A stretch of 64,000 bases of DNA from Anaerococcus sp. (GTDB lineage: Bacteria; Bacillota; Clostridia; Tissierellales; Peptoniphilaceae): contig JBHWRC010000100.1 in the NCBI GenBank assembly GCA_043426375.1, positions 5,359 to 69,358 of the forward strand, read 5' to 3'. The position numbers and the translations under genes are program-made. The notes under the pieces are model-generated. The model had not been told where the DNA came from. It ran no database searches and saw nothing but the letters and a program-made list of their open reading frames with translations. Below, piece by piece: positions 19,641 through 30,207 of the stretch; position 1 is the first letter of the stretch, and each line of letters starts with the position of its first letter.

Positions 19641-20200
19641 TTCTCCCCCTTTAAAATCTCTAATGCTGTCTTTACATAAAGTTTGTGCTCTAATTTATGG
19701 ACTTCATCTTCTACTTGGTCTAGATCCATTCCATAATCAACCCTAAGCTTATCCTGGGCTAAAATCTCTCCACCGTCTATTTCTTCATTTACATAATGGA
19801 TAGTAACGCCTATATATTCCTCACGATTTTCGTAGGCCCTCTTGATCGACTCAATCCCCTTGTATTTTGGAAGTAGTGATGGATGGATATTTATAACCTT
19901 GCCGGCAAAATTTTCTAGAAAATCTCCTGTAAGAATTCTCATATAACCTGCTAAGAATATAAAATCTAAATTTTTTACCTTTTTTAAAATTTCTTCTTCA
20001 TAAGCATTTTTGTTTTCATAATCTTTTGGATTAAAAACGAAAGTTTCTATATTTCTCGTCTTTGCCTTTTCGATAACTCTTGCGTCTGGCTTATCACAAA
20101 CCATGATTTTTATATCAGCTAAGGATTTTATCTCATCAGAATCAGCCAGAGCCTCGAAGTTTGTGCCTGTACCTGAGGCGAATATTCCTATTTTTTTCAT
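19637..20200 (-). CDS. purN: Phosphoribosylglycinamide formyltransferase
   Basis: FASGTGTN, LAGYMRIL, NIHPSLLP. Confidence 0.96.
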   Translation of the reverse strand: MKKIGIFASGTGTNFEALADSDEIKSLADIKIMVCDKPDARVIEKAKTRNIETFVFNPKDYENKNAYEEEILKKVKNLDFIFLAGYMRILTGDFLENFAGKVINIHPSLLPKYKGIESIKRAYENREEYIGVTIHYVNEEIDGGEILAQDKLRVDYGMDLDQVEDEVHKLEHKLYVKTALEILKGEK

Positions 20201-21201
20201 AGAAATTTAATTCCTTCCTCATCTGTAACTTCGCCAAGAACAAAGGCATCATCGATTAGATTGAGGACTTTTTCCTTATCGGTTTCGTCAACTATAAGGG
20301 CTAGACCAACTCCCATATTGAAGATTTCATACATTTCATCGTGGTCGATTTTGCCAGCTTCTTCGATGAATTTAAATATTTCTGGAACTTCGTAAGAATC
20401 CTTATAAATCGTAATTCCTAGACCCTTTTTAATAGCTCTTGGTAGGTTCTCTATGAATCCACCACCTGTAATGTGGGAAATTCCAGCTGGCCTAACATTT
20501 TCTAGAAGTGTAAGAACTTCTTTTGCATAAATCCTGGTTGGTCTAAGTAGGGCTTCTCCAATAGTCTTTCCATTAAATTCTTGGTCAAGACTTATATTTT
20601 CATCTTTTAATATTTTTCTAATAAGTGAAAAACCATTTGAATGAAAACCTGAAGAAGGGATACCAATTACAACTTGACCAGCTTTTGTATCTTGTATATT
20701 AATTAAATCTTCCTTTTCAGCACATCCTACCGCAAAACCTGCTATGTCGTATTCATTTTCCTTATAAAAACCTGGCATCTCTGCAGTTTCCCCGCCTACT
20801 AGGGCAGCTTCTGACTGTCTACAACCTTCTGCAACTCCCTTTACAATTGCTTCAATCTGAGCCGGATCATTTTTGCCGCAAGCAATGTAGTCTAAAAAGA
20901 AAAGTGGCCTTGCTCCTTGGGCTAGGATGTCATTTACACACATAGCCACGCAGTCAATACCGATTGTATCGTGCTTATCCATCTCAAATGCTAACTTAAG
21001 CTTAGTCCCAACCCCGTCTGTTCCGCTTACAAGAACAGGATTTTTAAAACCATAGGCTCCTAGGTCAAAGGCCCCGCCGAATGATCCAATCATGTTCATC
21101 ATTCCCTTATTCTTAGTAGATTCGACGTGTTTTTTTATCCTATCAACTGATTCATAACCGGCATCTAGACTTACACCTGCCTGTTTGTATTTTTCACTCA
21201 T
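20197..21201 (-). CDS. purM: AIR synthetase
   Basis: YKQAGV, GTDGVGTK, GGETAEMPG, HITGGG, FNMGVG. Confidence 0.97.
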   Translation of the reverse strand: MSEKYKQAGVSLDAGYESVDRIKKHVESTKNKGMMNMIGSFGGAFDLGAYGFKNPVLVSGTDGVGTKLKLAFEMDKHDTIGIDCVAMCVNDILAQGARPLFFLDYIACGKNDPAQIEAIVKGVAEGCRQSEAALVGGETAEMPGFYKENEYDIAGFAVGCAEKEDLINIQDTKAGQVVIGIPSSGFHSNGFSLIRKILKDENISLDQEFNGKTIGEALLRPTRIYAKEVLTLLENVRPAGISHITGGGFIENLPRAIKKGLGITIYKDSYEVPEIFKFIEEAGKIDHDEMYEIFNMGVGLALIVDETDKEKVLNLIDDAFVLGEVTDEEGIKFL

Positions 21202-22617
21202 TTATACCCCTCTATTTTCTAGAAATTCTTTTTGAACTTCTGTAAGTTCAGATTCAAATTCTTCTTTATAATCACAAAGTCCATCTATATATTGACCATC
21301 AAAGATTTCAAGAGAAATCCCTCTATTTGGCTCTGGATAATCAAAACCAATGGCTTCTTGAAGGCCCTTTATAGAAATATATTCAAGACTGTCTGCCCCG
21401 ATCAAATCTCTTATCTCATCTTTTTTCATATTGGCTGCTATAAGTTCCTGAGATGTCTTCATATCTATTCCCGAATATGAAGGAAATATAATTTCAGGAG
21501 AACCAATCCTTAAGTGAACTTCCTTAGCTCCCCTATCCTTTAACATGGAAATTATACGCTTAGAAGTTGTTCCCCTGACAACTGAATCGTCAAGGAGGAT
21601 TACCCTCTTATCCCTAACTACGTCAGCAAGGGCCGATAATTTCATCTTTACTCCCAAATCTCTTAAGTTTTGAGAAGGCTCTATAAAAGTCCTGCCTATA
21701 TATTGGTTTTTTATAAGTCCCATTTCATAGGGAAGACCGAGTTCTTCAGCATATCCAGTAGCTAGGGATAGAGACGAGTTTGGTACACCCACAACTATGT
21801 CTGCTTCTACAGGATATTCCCTGGCGAGAATTCTGCCGGTATTTTTCCTGACTATGTGGACATTTTTACCCATAATAGTTGAATCTGGCCTTGCAAAGTA
21901 GATGTATTCCATAGCTTCTATGGCAATATCAGATGGTTCTGTAAACTTATCCATTTTATAGCCGTCATCATCAATTATTACCATCTCTCCTGCAGATATA
22001 TCTCTAATAAAGTCTGCACCAATCACGTTTTGGGCACAAGACTCTGATGCTAGAGTGTATGAATTATCAAGTTTGCCAAGGACAAGAGGCCTTGTGGCGT
22101 GCTTATCAACAGCTCCTATCAGGCTATCTTGGGTAAGCAGGATTACAGAAAATGATCCCTCAAGTTTTGTAAGTGCTTCCTTAAACCTATTTTCAATTTT
22201 TTTCTTTCTAGAGCGCCTAATCAGGTGCATTATAATTTCTGCATGGCTTTCTGAATGAAAAACCGCACCAGCATCTTCTAGTTTAGCCCTCAAAGTTTTG
22301 GCATTTATAAGATTACCATTCATGGCAATGCCTAGGTGGCCATCATTAAATTTATACAAAAGCGGCTCGATATTGTGGACATTTGTTGAGTTGCCGCTTG
22401 AATACCAAAGGGCACCTAGGGCACCTGATCCTGCTATTTTTTCTAGTTTGCCATTATCCTTAAAAACTTCTGCCAAAAGACCGATATTTCTGTATCCCCT
22501 AAGCCTTTGTCTATTGGTAGATACAATTCCGCCGCCTTGTTGGCCCCTGTGTTGGAGGGAGTGGAGGGCATAGAATGTAATATTCGCTGCCCCTTCTATA
22601 TTCCAAATTCCAAACAT
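21202..22617 (-). CDS. purF: Amidophosphoribosyltransferase homolog lacking catalytic Cys1 and Fe-S cysteines
   Basis: LQHRGQ, EYIYFARPDS, YIGRTFI, PRPP loop VILLDDSVVRGTTS; position in pur operon; begins MFGIW with no Cys. Confidence 0.92.
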   Translation of the reverse strand: MFGIWNIEGAANITFYALHSLQHRGQQGGGIVSTNRQRLRGYRNIGLLAEVFKDNGKLEKIAGSGALGALWYSSGNSTNVHNIEPLLYKFNDGHLGIAMNGNLINAKTLRAKLEDAGAVFHSESHAEIIMHLIRRSRKKKIENRFKEALTKLEGSFSVILLTQDSLIGAVDKHATRPLVLGKLDNSYTLASESCAQNVIGADFIRDISAGEMVIIDDDGYKMDKFTEPSDIAIEAMEYIYFARPDSTIMGKNVHIVRKNTGRILAREYPVEADIVVGVPNSSLSLATGYAEELGLPYEMGLIKNQYIGRTFIEPSQNLRDLGVKMKLSALADVVRDKRVILLDDSVVRGTTSKRIISMLKDRGAKEVHLRIGSPEIIFPSYSGIDMKTSQELIAANMKKDEIRDLIGADSLEYISIKGLQEAIGFDYPEPNRGISLEIFDGQYIDGLCDYKEEFESELTEVQKEFLENRGV

Positions 22618-22630
22618 TTTCTCTCCTAAT

Positions 22631-25600
22631 TTATCTTGTGAAGTATTCTACACCGTTTTTAAATATATCTTGCCTATCCTTGATGGTGTTTGTCTTATAA
22701 AGTGTTACATGAGATCTTTCGCTATGGCCCATCTTACCTAGAATCAGACCGTCTGGACTAAGCATTGCCTCAATGGCGTATATAGAACCATTTGGATTGT
22801 ACTTGCCATTTAGGGTCGCATCCCCATCAGGATTTACATATTGGAAGGCTGCTAGGTCTTTAAATTCCTCAATTTTTTCACCAACAAGCCTTCCCTCACC
22901 GTGGCTAAATACAAGCTCATGGAGGTCGCCTATTTCAAAGTTTTGCGTCCAGGCTGAATTTGTATTAGATACCCTTGTAATTGCTGTATCAGATATGTGT
23001 CTTAGACCTGTGTTTCTAAATAAGGATAGGTCTGAGCTATCAAGATCACAAATCTTGCCATAAGGAAGAAGCCCTGATTTTATAAGAGCTTGGAAGCCGT
23101 TACAGATTCCTAAGATTAGTTTTTTATCTGCAAGATGTGCATGAATTGCTTCTTTTACTGCCTCATTTTTTATAATATTTACTATAAATTTAGCAGAGCC
23201 ATCTGGTTCATCACCTGCAGAAAATCCACCAGGAAAGGCGATTATGTGAGAGTTTTTAATCTCTCTAACAAATTCATCTATAGAATTTTTGATATCATCT
23301 TCTCTTGTATTTGTGAAAATAACTTGTTTTACACTTGCTCCCGCCTCTTCAAAAGCTTTTTGGGTGTCATATTCTGAGTTTGTGCCAGGGAAAACTGGAA
23401 TTACAACCTTAACTTCATCGACCTTTTCCTTGTAATAAATTTTCTCACTAGCCTTGTTAGAAATATTTTCAACCTTACCCTTATCTAGGTTGTAGTAAGT
23501 TGGGTAGATTTCTTCTAGGGTTGACATGTAAGATTTTTCTGCCTCTTCAAGGTCTATTTCTATTCCATTTACCTTGATAGCTTCTGTAACCTCTCCAATC
23601 TTTTTGAAATCAAGCTCTTCTATTGCTTCTACTACGATTGAGCAAGGACTAAAGTCAAGAGCCTTATCATAGTCGATTGTAAAGCCTAATTTATTTCCTA
23701 GGGCCATTTTGATTAGAGATGCAGATACAGATCCAAAATCTTGAACGTAGGCTGATACAACCTTTTTGTCTTTGATATAATCATTTAGTTTATCAAAATC
23801 GTCCATTGCTTTCTTAAGATTTGGATAGGCTTTTTCGTCTTTTTCTATTTCAATTATATAAAGTTTGTTTCCAACTTTCTTTAAATCTGGTGTGATTACA
23901 TCCTCTATTTTTACTGGTGTACAGGCAAAGGAAATTAATGTTTCTACAACATTTAGTTCGTTAAAGGATCCTGACATGGAGTCTTTACCACCTATAGAAG
24001 GTCTTCCGATTTCCCTTTGAGCTATTATAGAACCAAGCATGGCCTGGCTTACCTTGCCCCATTTTTTAGGATCATCAAGAAGTTTTTCAAAATATTCTTG
24101 GAAGGAGAAATAAAGATCTTCCCTATTGCCACCTACTGCATAGACTTTGGCTACAGATTCTAAAACCGCATAGATACTTGATAAGAATGGCGAATATTTT
24201 GAGATTTTTGGTATAAAACCGTAGGAAAGGATGGTTGCTGTATCTGGAGTGCTATAAAGGGTTGGAATTGCAGCTACAGATGCTTGGACAGGTGTAATTC
24301 TTTCTTTTCCTGCAAATGGCATCATAACTGTCTGCGCGCCTACAGATGAGTCAAACATTGAAACCATACCCTTTTGGTTGGTGACATTTAAGTCTTTTAG
24401 CTCATCTAGGATAGCTTCCTTGCTAACTTCCTTAGATACAAATGGATTTTCCCTTACATTATCAACTAATTCTGCCTTAGCGTGCTTTCTGACCCCTGCA
24501 GTTGCTAAAAATTCTGCTCCGAAATCCACTAATTTTTCGTCTTCGTAGTACATTTCTAGGCGGTTCCTGTCAGTTATATTTGCAATGTGAACGTATTCTA
24601 GGTTTTCTTTTTCACATTCTTTGACAAAGGCTTCATAGTCTTTTTTATCTAGACCTACTGCCATTCTTTCTTGGGATTCTGAGATGGCAATCTCTGTTGG
24701 ATTAAGTCCCTTGTATTTGGTCTTGACCCTATCTAGGAAGATTTCAATACCTTCTGAAAGCTCACCGATGGCTACAGATACACCACCCGCTCCAAAGTCA
24801 TTTGATTTTTTAATAAGTTTTGTAACTTCTGGCTTTCTAAAGAGCCTTTGGATTTTTCTTTCTTCTACAGGATTTCCCTTTTGGACTTGGCTTGATGCGG
24901 TAGTAAGGGAAGTGTCATCGTGGATTACTGAAGAACCTGATGCACCTTGGATACCATCCCTACCAGTTCTTCCGCCAAGCATTACTACAATATCTCCAGG
25001 GATAAGCTCTTCTCTCTTGTAATTTCCATCTTTTACCGCTCCAACAACAGCCCCTACTTCCATGGTTTTTGCTACATAGGAATCGTCGTAGATTTCGCGA
25101 GCGTAGGTTGTTGCTAGACCGATTTGGTTACCGTAGGAAGAATTTCCAAGAGCTTTCCCCTTTGAAATTTCTACTTGTGGGAGCTTATTTGCCAGGGTGT
25201 CTTCTCTTTTTTCTAAGATATTTCCCGCACCCGAAACTCTCATAGCCTGGTAAACATAGGACCTACCTGAAAGTGGGTCTCTAATTGCTCCGCCTATGCA
25301 GGTAGAAGCGCCACCGAAAGGTTCGATTTCTGAAGGGTGGTTGTGGGTTTCGTTTTTAAATTGAATAAGCCACTTTTCCTTTTTCCCCTTATTTTCAATT
25401 TCGGTGAAAAAGGAACAAGCATTGATCTCTTCAGAAACTTCGATATTGGTATCGCCTAAAACTTTTGTGTGGTATTTTCCAATAATAGATGCCATATCCA
25501 TAAGTCTTATTGGCTTAGTTATACCAAGTTCTTCTCTTAGTTTTAGATAATAATCAAAGGCATCTTGCATTTCTTTTTGGAAAAGTTTTGAGTCAATTTT

Positions 25601-26293
25601 CACTTCATCAAGGCTTGTCTCAAAGGTTGTGTGCCTGCAGTGGTCAGACCAGAATACATCTAGAACGTAAATTTCTGTTTCACTTGGGTCCCTGTCTTCC
25701 TTTCTAAAGTGGTCTTGGATAAATTCTAAATCTTCTAAATCAAGGGCTAGGGATAAGTCTTTTATTAGTTCTTCTAATTCTTCTTTGCTATAATTTATAA
25801 AGCCTGTCAAGTCTTTAAGAGGCTTCATTTCTGAATCTATAGAAAAGTCCATTTTTGATAGGTCTTTTTCGCTAGATTCTATCGGATTTATCAAATAGGA
25901 TTTTAGGTCTTCTAGCTTTTCTTCTGAAATATTACCTTCTAAAATAATAAGTTTTCCGCACCTTACAAGAACGTCACTTTTTTCATCTATTAGCTTAAGA
26001 GCCTTCATTGCAGAATCTGATCTTTGGTCAAATTGTGCAGGGAGAGTCTCATAGGCTATATAGGTTTTATTAGACAGGTCAATTTCTTCGAAAATTTCAT
26101 CTATCATAACCTCAGAGAAAACTCTGTTTTTAGCCTTTTCATAAAGGTCTTCTGTAATATTATAAAGGTCATAGATTACATATGTATGAACCCTTTCTAA
26201 ACTAAGTCCAAAATCCCTATTAAATAAGTCTTTTAGCTTTTCGCTTTCCTTATCGTAACGATCTCTCTTCTTTACAAATATTCTCTTATTCAA
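22631..26293 (-). CDS. purL: Large single-chain FGAM synthase
   Basis: WSDHCRH, KNETHNHP, DFGAGG, SESQERM; glutaminase LGICNGFQ and GHSER intact. Start taken as TTG 26293 behind GGAGG. Confidence 0.95.
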   Translation of the reverse strand: MNKRIFVKKRDRYDKESEKLKDLFNRDFGLSLERVHTYVIYDLYNITEDLYEKAKNRVFSEVMIDEIFEEIDLSNKTYIAYETLPAQFDQRSDSAMKALKLIDEKSDVLVRCGKLIILEGNISEEKLEDLKSYLINPIESSEKDLSKMDFSIDSEMKPLKDLTGFINYSKEELEELIKDLSLALDLEDLEFIQDHFRKEDRDPSETEIYVLDVFWSDHCRHTTFETSLDEVKIDSKLFQKEMQDAFDYYLKLREELGITKPIRLMDMASIIGKYHTKVLGDTNIEVSEEINACSFFTEIENKGKKEKWLIQFKNETHNHPSEIEPFGGASTCIGGAIRDPLSGRSYVYQAMRVSGAGNILEKREDTLANKLPQVEISKGKALGNSSYGNQIGLATTYAREIYDDSYVAKTMEVGAVVGAVKDGNYKREELIPGDIVVMLGGRTGRDGIQGASGSSVIHDDTSLTTASSQVQKGNPVEERKIQRLFRKPEVTKLIKKSNDFGAGGVSVAIGELSEGIEIFLDRVKTKYKGLNPTEIAISESQERMAVGLDKKDYEAFVKECEKENLEYVHIANITDRNRLEMYYEDEKLVDFGAEFLATAGVRKHAKAELVDNVRENPFVSKEVSKEAILDELKDLNVTNQKGMVSMFDSSVGAQTVMMPFAGKERITPVQASVAAIPTLYSTPDTATILSYGFIPKISKYSPFLSSIYAVLESVAKVYAVGGNREDLYFSFQEYFEKLLDDPKKWGKVSQAMLGSIIAQREIGRPSIGGKDSMSGSFNELNVVETLISFACTPVKIEDVITPDLKKVGNKLYIIEIEKDEKAYPNLKKAMDDFDKLNDYIKDKKVVSAYVQDFGSVSASLIKMALGNKLGFTIDYDKALDFSPCSIVVEAIEELDFKKIGEVTEAIKVNGIEIDLEEAEKSYMSTLEEIYPTYYNLDKGKVENISNKASEKIYYKEKVDEVKVVIPVFPGTNSEYDTQKAFEEAGASVKQVIFTNTREDDIKNSIDEFVREIKNSHIIAFPGGFSAGDEPDGSAKFIVNIIKNEAVKEAIHAHLADKKLILGICNGFQALIKSGLLPYGKICDLDSSDLSLFRNTGLRHISDTAITRVSNTNSAWTQNFEIGDLHELVFSHGEGRLVGEKIEEFKDLAAFQYVNPDGDATLNGKYNPNGSIYAIEAMLSPDGLILGKMGHSERSHVTLYKTNTIKDRQDIFKNGVEYFTR

Positions 26294-27326
26294 AGTCTTC
26301 CTCCAAGTATACATTTCCTAAAAAATTGATGTGTCCGATTTTTCTGTTATGACGGGCTTCTTTTTCATATAGGTGAAGGTAGCCCCCTTTTTCTTTAAAT
26401 ACATTTATAAAATGTTCTTCATTTTGACCCAAAATATTATAAAGGGTCGCTTCTCTATTTTCGATTTTCCCTACTTTTAGGCCACAGATTGCTTCTATGT
26501 GAGCCCTAAATTGGCTTTTTGTAGCCGATTGTTGGGTTATATGACCAGAGTTGTGAACTCTTGGAGCAATTTCATTAAAAATCACCTTTCCATCTGAGAT
26601 AAAATACTCAACTGTAAGGACACCCATATAGTCATTGTCAGAAAGGATTCTTTTTGTATAATCAATGGCTGCCTCTTCTTGCTCTTTTGTTATATGAGCA
26701 GGGATATTTGACCTATAGAGGATATTGTTCCTATGTTCGTTTTGGACTACAGCCACAATTTCGATTCCCTCGATATCCTTAACTGCAACTACCGAGATTT
26801 CCTTATCTAAATTAACTAACTCTTCTAGAATGGTATCTTCTTCGACCTCATCGTTAGAAGATATAATCTTTTGGCCCTTTCCATCATAGCCAAACCTTGT
26901 GGTCTTCATGACGTATTTGCCGTCTACTTCGTAATCACCTTTGTTTGAATCAAAATACTTTACAGTAGGTATTCCAAGGCTATTTGCATATTCTTTTTCT
27001 TTTAATCTGTGCTGGCTTATTTCTAGAAGCCTAGATGATTGGACGAAATTGTATTTGTTTTCAAGTTTTTTGTAAGATTTAATATCTATATTTTCAAACT
27101 CAAAAGTCACTACGTCACTCATCTCGCACAGTTTTTCTATATTTTTGTGTACATTAAAAGCACTATGGATAAAATAATCTGCGAATTTTCTTGCGCATGC
27201 GTCTTCACCTGGATCTAAAATTGCAACTTTGTAGCCCATTTCCTTTGCTACACCAGCAAGCATCATTCCAAGTTGACCGCCACCTATTATACCGATAGTG
27301 CTTTTGGGTAATATAGTCTTAGTCAT
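26286..27326 (-). CDS. purK: N5-CAIR synthetase
   Basis: [37 protein letters not shown]. Confidence 0.95.
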   Translation of the reverse strand: MTKTILPKSTIGIIGGGQLGMMLAGVAKEMGYKVAILDPGEDACARKFADYFIHSAFNVHKNIEKLCEMSDVVTFEFENIDIKSYKKLENKYNFVQSSRLLEISQHRLKEKEYANSLGIPTVKYFDSNKGDYEVDGKYVMKTTRFGYDGKGQKIISSNDEVEEDTILEELVNLDKEISVVAVKDIEGIEIVAVVQNEHRNNILYRSNIPAHITKEQEEAAIDYTKRILSDNDYMGVLTVEYFISDGKVIFNEIAPRVHNSGHITQQSATKSQFRAHIEAICGLKVGKIENREATLYNILGQNEEHFINVFKEKGGYLHLYEKEARHNRKIGHINFLGNVYLEEDFE

Positions 27327-27802
27327 ATTTTCATATCTTTCTTTACTATATTTTCTAATTCAATTTTAAAATTCCTATACTTTTCTGCCATTTTTTCGTC
27401 GTTAATAGCAAGAATAGATAGGGCTGTGATTGCAGCGTTTTTTGCTCCTGCCTCTCCTATAGCCATTGTAGCTACTGGCACGCCGTATGGCATTTGCACA
27501 ATAGAAAGAAGCGAATCTACACCTGAAAGTGTGGATGATTTTATTGGGACACCAATTACAGGTAATGTGGTTGAGGCAGCAACCATACCTGGCAAGTGGG
27601 CAGCCCCTCCAGCTGCAGCTATTATTAGGCTGTATCCATTAGCTTTCGCATTTTTCGCAAAGTCAACCATTAATTCTGGTGTCCTGTGCGCACTAACAAC
27701 CATCTTATCGTAGTCTATACCAAACTTATCTAGGACATTACAGCATTCCTTCATAGTTTTGTAGTCAGATTTTGAACCCATTATCACAGCTATTTTTGAC
27801 AT
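27323..27802 (-). CDS. purE: N5-CAIR mutase
   Basis: [34 protein letters not shown]. Confidence 0.97.
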   Translation of the reverse strand: MSKIAVIMGSKSDYKTMKECCNVLDKFGIDYDKMVVSAHRTPELMVDFAKNAKANGYSLIIAAAGGAAHLPGMVAASTTLPVIGVPIKSSTLSGVDSLLSIVQMPYGVPVATMAIGEAGAKNAAITALSILAINDEKMAEKYRNFKIELENIVKKDMKI

Positions 27803-27833
27803 TATAACTCCTTAATTTTTCTTCTACAAAATT

Positions 27834-27923
27834 AGTATATCAATTTTACAAATATTTTCAATGGTAAAAGCAAATTATATATTTTTGTAAATTACTTGAC
27901 AATTTTTCCTAAGTAAATAAAAT
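27834..27923. promoter_or_regulatory. Divergent sigma-A promoters of purE operon and purC
   Basis: Minus: TTGAAA(27861-56), 16 bp, TATACT(27839-34). Plus: TTGACA(27896-901), 16 bp, TAAAAT(27918-23). Confidence 0.65.
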
Positions 27924-27985
27924 TTATTTGTAAGATTAGAAAAAGTCATATATCATTATTGTAAGGAAATCATAAGGAGAAAATA

Positions 27986-28666
27986 ATGGATTTAATTTAC
28001 AAAGGCAAGACAAAAGACATCTATGCTCTTGATAACGGCAATATCTTGATGAAATTTAAAGACGATGTGACAGGCAAGGACGGAGTCTTTGATCCAGGCG
28101 AAAACCAAATAGGCCTATCTATAGACGGAGCAGGAAATGCTGGTCTAAGGCTTACAGAATATTTCTTCGAAAAATTAAAAGCAAACCATATCCCAACCCA
28201 CTATGTAAAATCAAATCCCGACGAAAACTCAATGGAAGTAAAAAAAGCCAAAGCTCTTGGAAAAGGCCTTGAATTTATCTATAGGTATAAGGCTGTGGGA
28301 TCTTTTTATAGAAGGTACGGCAAATACATAGAAGAAGGATCTGATTTGCCTGGCCTATTTGAAGTTACAATCAAAGATGACACTGCAGGTGATCCTACAA
28401 TCTCAAAAGATACTTTGGAAGTGCTAGGTATTGCAACAAAGGACCAATACGAAGAGCTTAAAAGACTTACAGGTGAGATATCAGATATTATAAAGGAATC
28501 TCTCAAAGAAAAAGGTCTTGACCTTTTCGATATAAAACTAGAATTCGGTCTAGATGAAAATAACAAAATAATCCTAATAGACGAAATATCCGGTGGGAAT
28601 ATGAGAGTCTATAAGAAAGATGAATACATTGAACCACTTAGACTTACTGAAATGGTTTTAAATTAA
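27986..28666 (+). CDS. purC: SAICAR synthetase
   Basis: YKGKTKDIY, FKDDVT, DIKLEFG, LIDEIS. Confidence 0.93.
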   Translation: MDLIYKGKTKDIYALDNGNILMKFKDDVTGKDGVFDPGENQIGLSIDGAGNAGLRLTEYFFEKLKANHIPTHYVKSNPDENSMEVKKAKALGKGLEFIYRYKAVGSFYRRYGKYIEEGSDLPGLFEVTIKDDTAGDPTISKDTLEVLGIATKDQYEELKRLTGEISDIIKESLKEKGLDLFDIKLEFGLDENNKIILIDEISGGNMRVYKKDEYIEPLRLTEMVLN

Positions 28667-28675
28667 ATAGCAATT

Positions 28676-28720
28676 AAAAATACCTTAGCCAAGCGAAATG
28701 CTTAGTTAAGGTATTTTTTT
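28676..28720. terminator. Bidirectional terminator purC / NSS transporter
   Basis: AAAAATACCTTAGC...GTTAAGGTATTTTT long hairpin between convergent genes. Confidence 0.75.
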
Positions 28721-30023
28721 AGAATGAAATCTTAAATACTAGAGCTATGATACATAAAACTACTGCTATTGGTGTGTAGACGTATTTACCTACGTTGTAC
28801 CAGAAATCTCCGTATTTTTTCTTTGACCCCTTATTTATTTCTGCGACTAATATATCTTTTTTCATTACAAAGAACCAGGTCACAGCCCCAATCATAGCCC
28901 CTATTGGGATAATGTAGATTGAGATTATATCCATAAATGGCCCCCACTGGCTTATCATTTCCATATTTACACCGATTACAAAAACCACTATTCCTATCAA
29001 AAATAATACTAGGTTTCGTTTTAATTTTGGATGTCTTTTCATTAGGGATTCACAAACTACTTCAAACATGTTTTGTAGAGAAGAGATACCTCCAAATACA
29101 ACTGCTAGGTATAATATAATGGCAAAAATTCTTCCAAAAGCCATATCTTGTAGAATTGTTGGTAGGACTTGGAATAATAATCCAGGACCACCTACTTGGT
29201 CCATACTGTAGACAATAATTGCTGGAATCATAACAAATGATGAAAGCATGGCTGCAATCGTATCTAGAAAACCAGTCATTTTAGATGAAGAAACTATATC
29301 TTCCTTATCATCTAGGTAGGCGCCTACAACGATCATGCCAGATCCTGTTACAGATAGGGAGAAAAAAGCCTGGCCCATCGCTTCTAGGACTGTCCCCCAA
29401 TTTAACATTTCAGGATCAAACCTAAACATATATTTGTAACCTTCTATAGCATTTGGTAATGTAAAAATCCTGATAGCAAGGATTACAAAAAGTACAAAAA
29501 ATGCTGGCATCATGATTTTGTTTGATTTTTCTATTGTAGATGCCCCTCCGATACAAGAAATAAGGGTTATTACGATTATAAAAAAGTGGAAAGGCACTAC
29601 AGAGTATGGTTTTAGAGAAAAGCTATCGAAATAGGTTTTGGTATCCACACTCAAAATCGCCCCGCTTATAGAATCCAAGAGAGCCTTTAGGACGTAGGCA
29701 ACTATTACGGCATATCCAATTGCAATTAATAGAGATCCTATAAGAGGGATATATCCTATAATTCTACCTATTTTTGTATCTTCATTTCTACTCTTAAAAG
29801 CCTTGTTGTAGGCCCCTAGAGTGCCTGTTTGAGCAAATCTACCAACTGCAAATTCGCTGGCAAGTCCACAGTAGGCAAATATAGATACGAAAACTATATA
29901 GGATATTAAAAATACTATTCCTCCCCTCTGGAATTTATAAGGAAAACCCCAGACATTCGCCATACCGACTGCAGATCCTACAGCCGTTAGGATAAATCCT
30001 AGTTTCGAACTAAATTTATTCAT
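28719..30023 (-). CDS. Sodium-dependent transporter, NSS family
   Basis: GSAVGMANVWGFPY TM1 motif, GQAFFSLS, multiple TM segments. Confidence 0.92.
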   Translation of the reverse strand: MNKFSSKLGFILTAVGSAVGMANVWGFPYKFQRGGIVFLISYIVFVSIFAYCGLASEFAVGRFAQTGTLGAYNKAFKSRNEDTKIGRIIGYIPLIGSLLIAIGYAVIVAYVLKALLDSISGAILSVDTKTYFDSFSLKPYSVVPFHFFIIVITLISCIGGASTIEKSNKIMMPAFFVLFVILAIRIFTLPNAIEGYKYMFRFDPEMLNWGTVLEAMGQAFFSLSVTGSGMIVVGAYLDDKEDIVSSSKMTGFLDTIAAMLSSFVMIPAIIVYSMDQVGGPGLLFQVLPTILQDMAFGRIFAIILYLAVVFGGISSLQNMFEVVCESLMKRHPKLKRNLVLFLIGIVVFVIGVNMEMISQWGPFMDIISIYIIPIGAMIGAVTWFFVMKKDILVAEINKGSKKKYGDFWYNVGKYVYTPIAVVLCIIALVFKISF

Positions 30024-30090
30024 AATTAACTCCTCTGTTTAAAGTCTGATTTATATTCTTTGTTGGTATATCACTTTAAAGCATAATCTA

Positions 30091-30118
30091 ATTATAACAC
30101 ATTTATTACTAATTTCAA
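30091..30118 (-). promoter_or_regulatory. Promoter of NSS transporter gene
   Basis: TTGAAA, 16 bp, TATAAT with extended -10 TG on the minus strand. Confidence 0.65.
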
Positions 30119-30127
30119 GAAAATATA

Positions 30128-30175
30128 AAACGGTTTTCTTGAAAAATCATTAAAAATTTTCCAAGGAAACCGTTT
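30128..30175 (-). terminator. Long hairpin after patB-like gene
   Basis: AAACGGTTTTCTTG...CAAGGAAACCGTTT inverted repeat. Confidence 0.55.
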
Positions 30176-30207
30176 GGGTGAAATTTTAAAGCATAATCAT
30201 TAATTTT

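Noticed and set aside
30075..30200. Short direct repeat AAAGCATAATC on both sides of the hairpin
   Set aside because: Too short and AT-rich to support a target-site duplication or operator.
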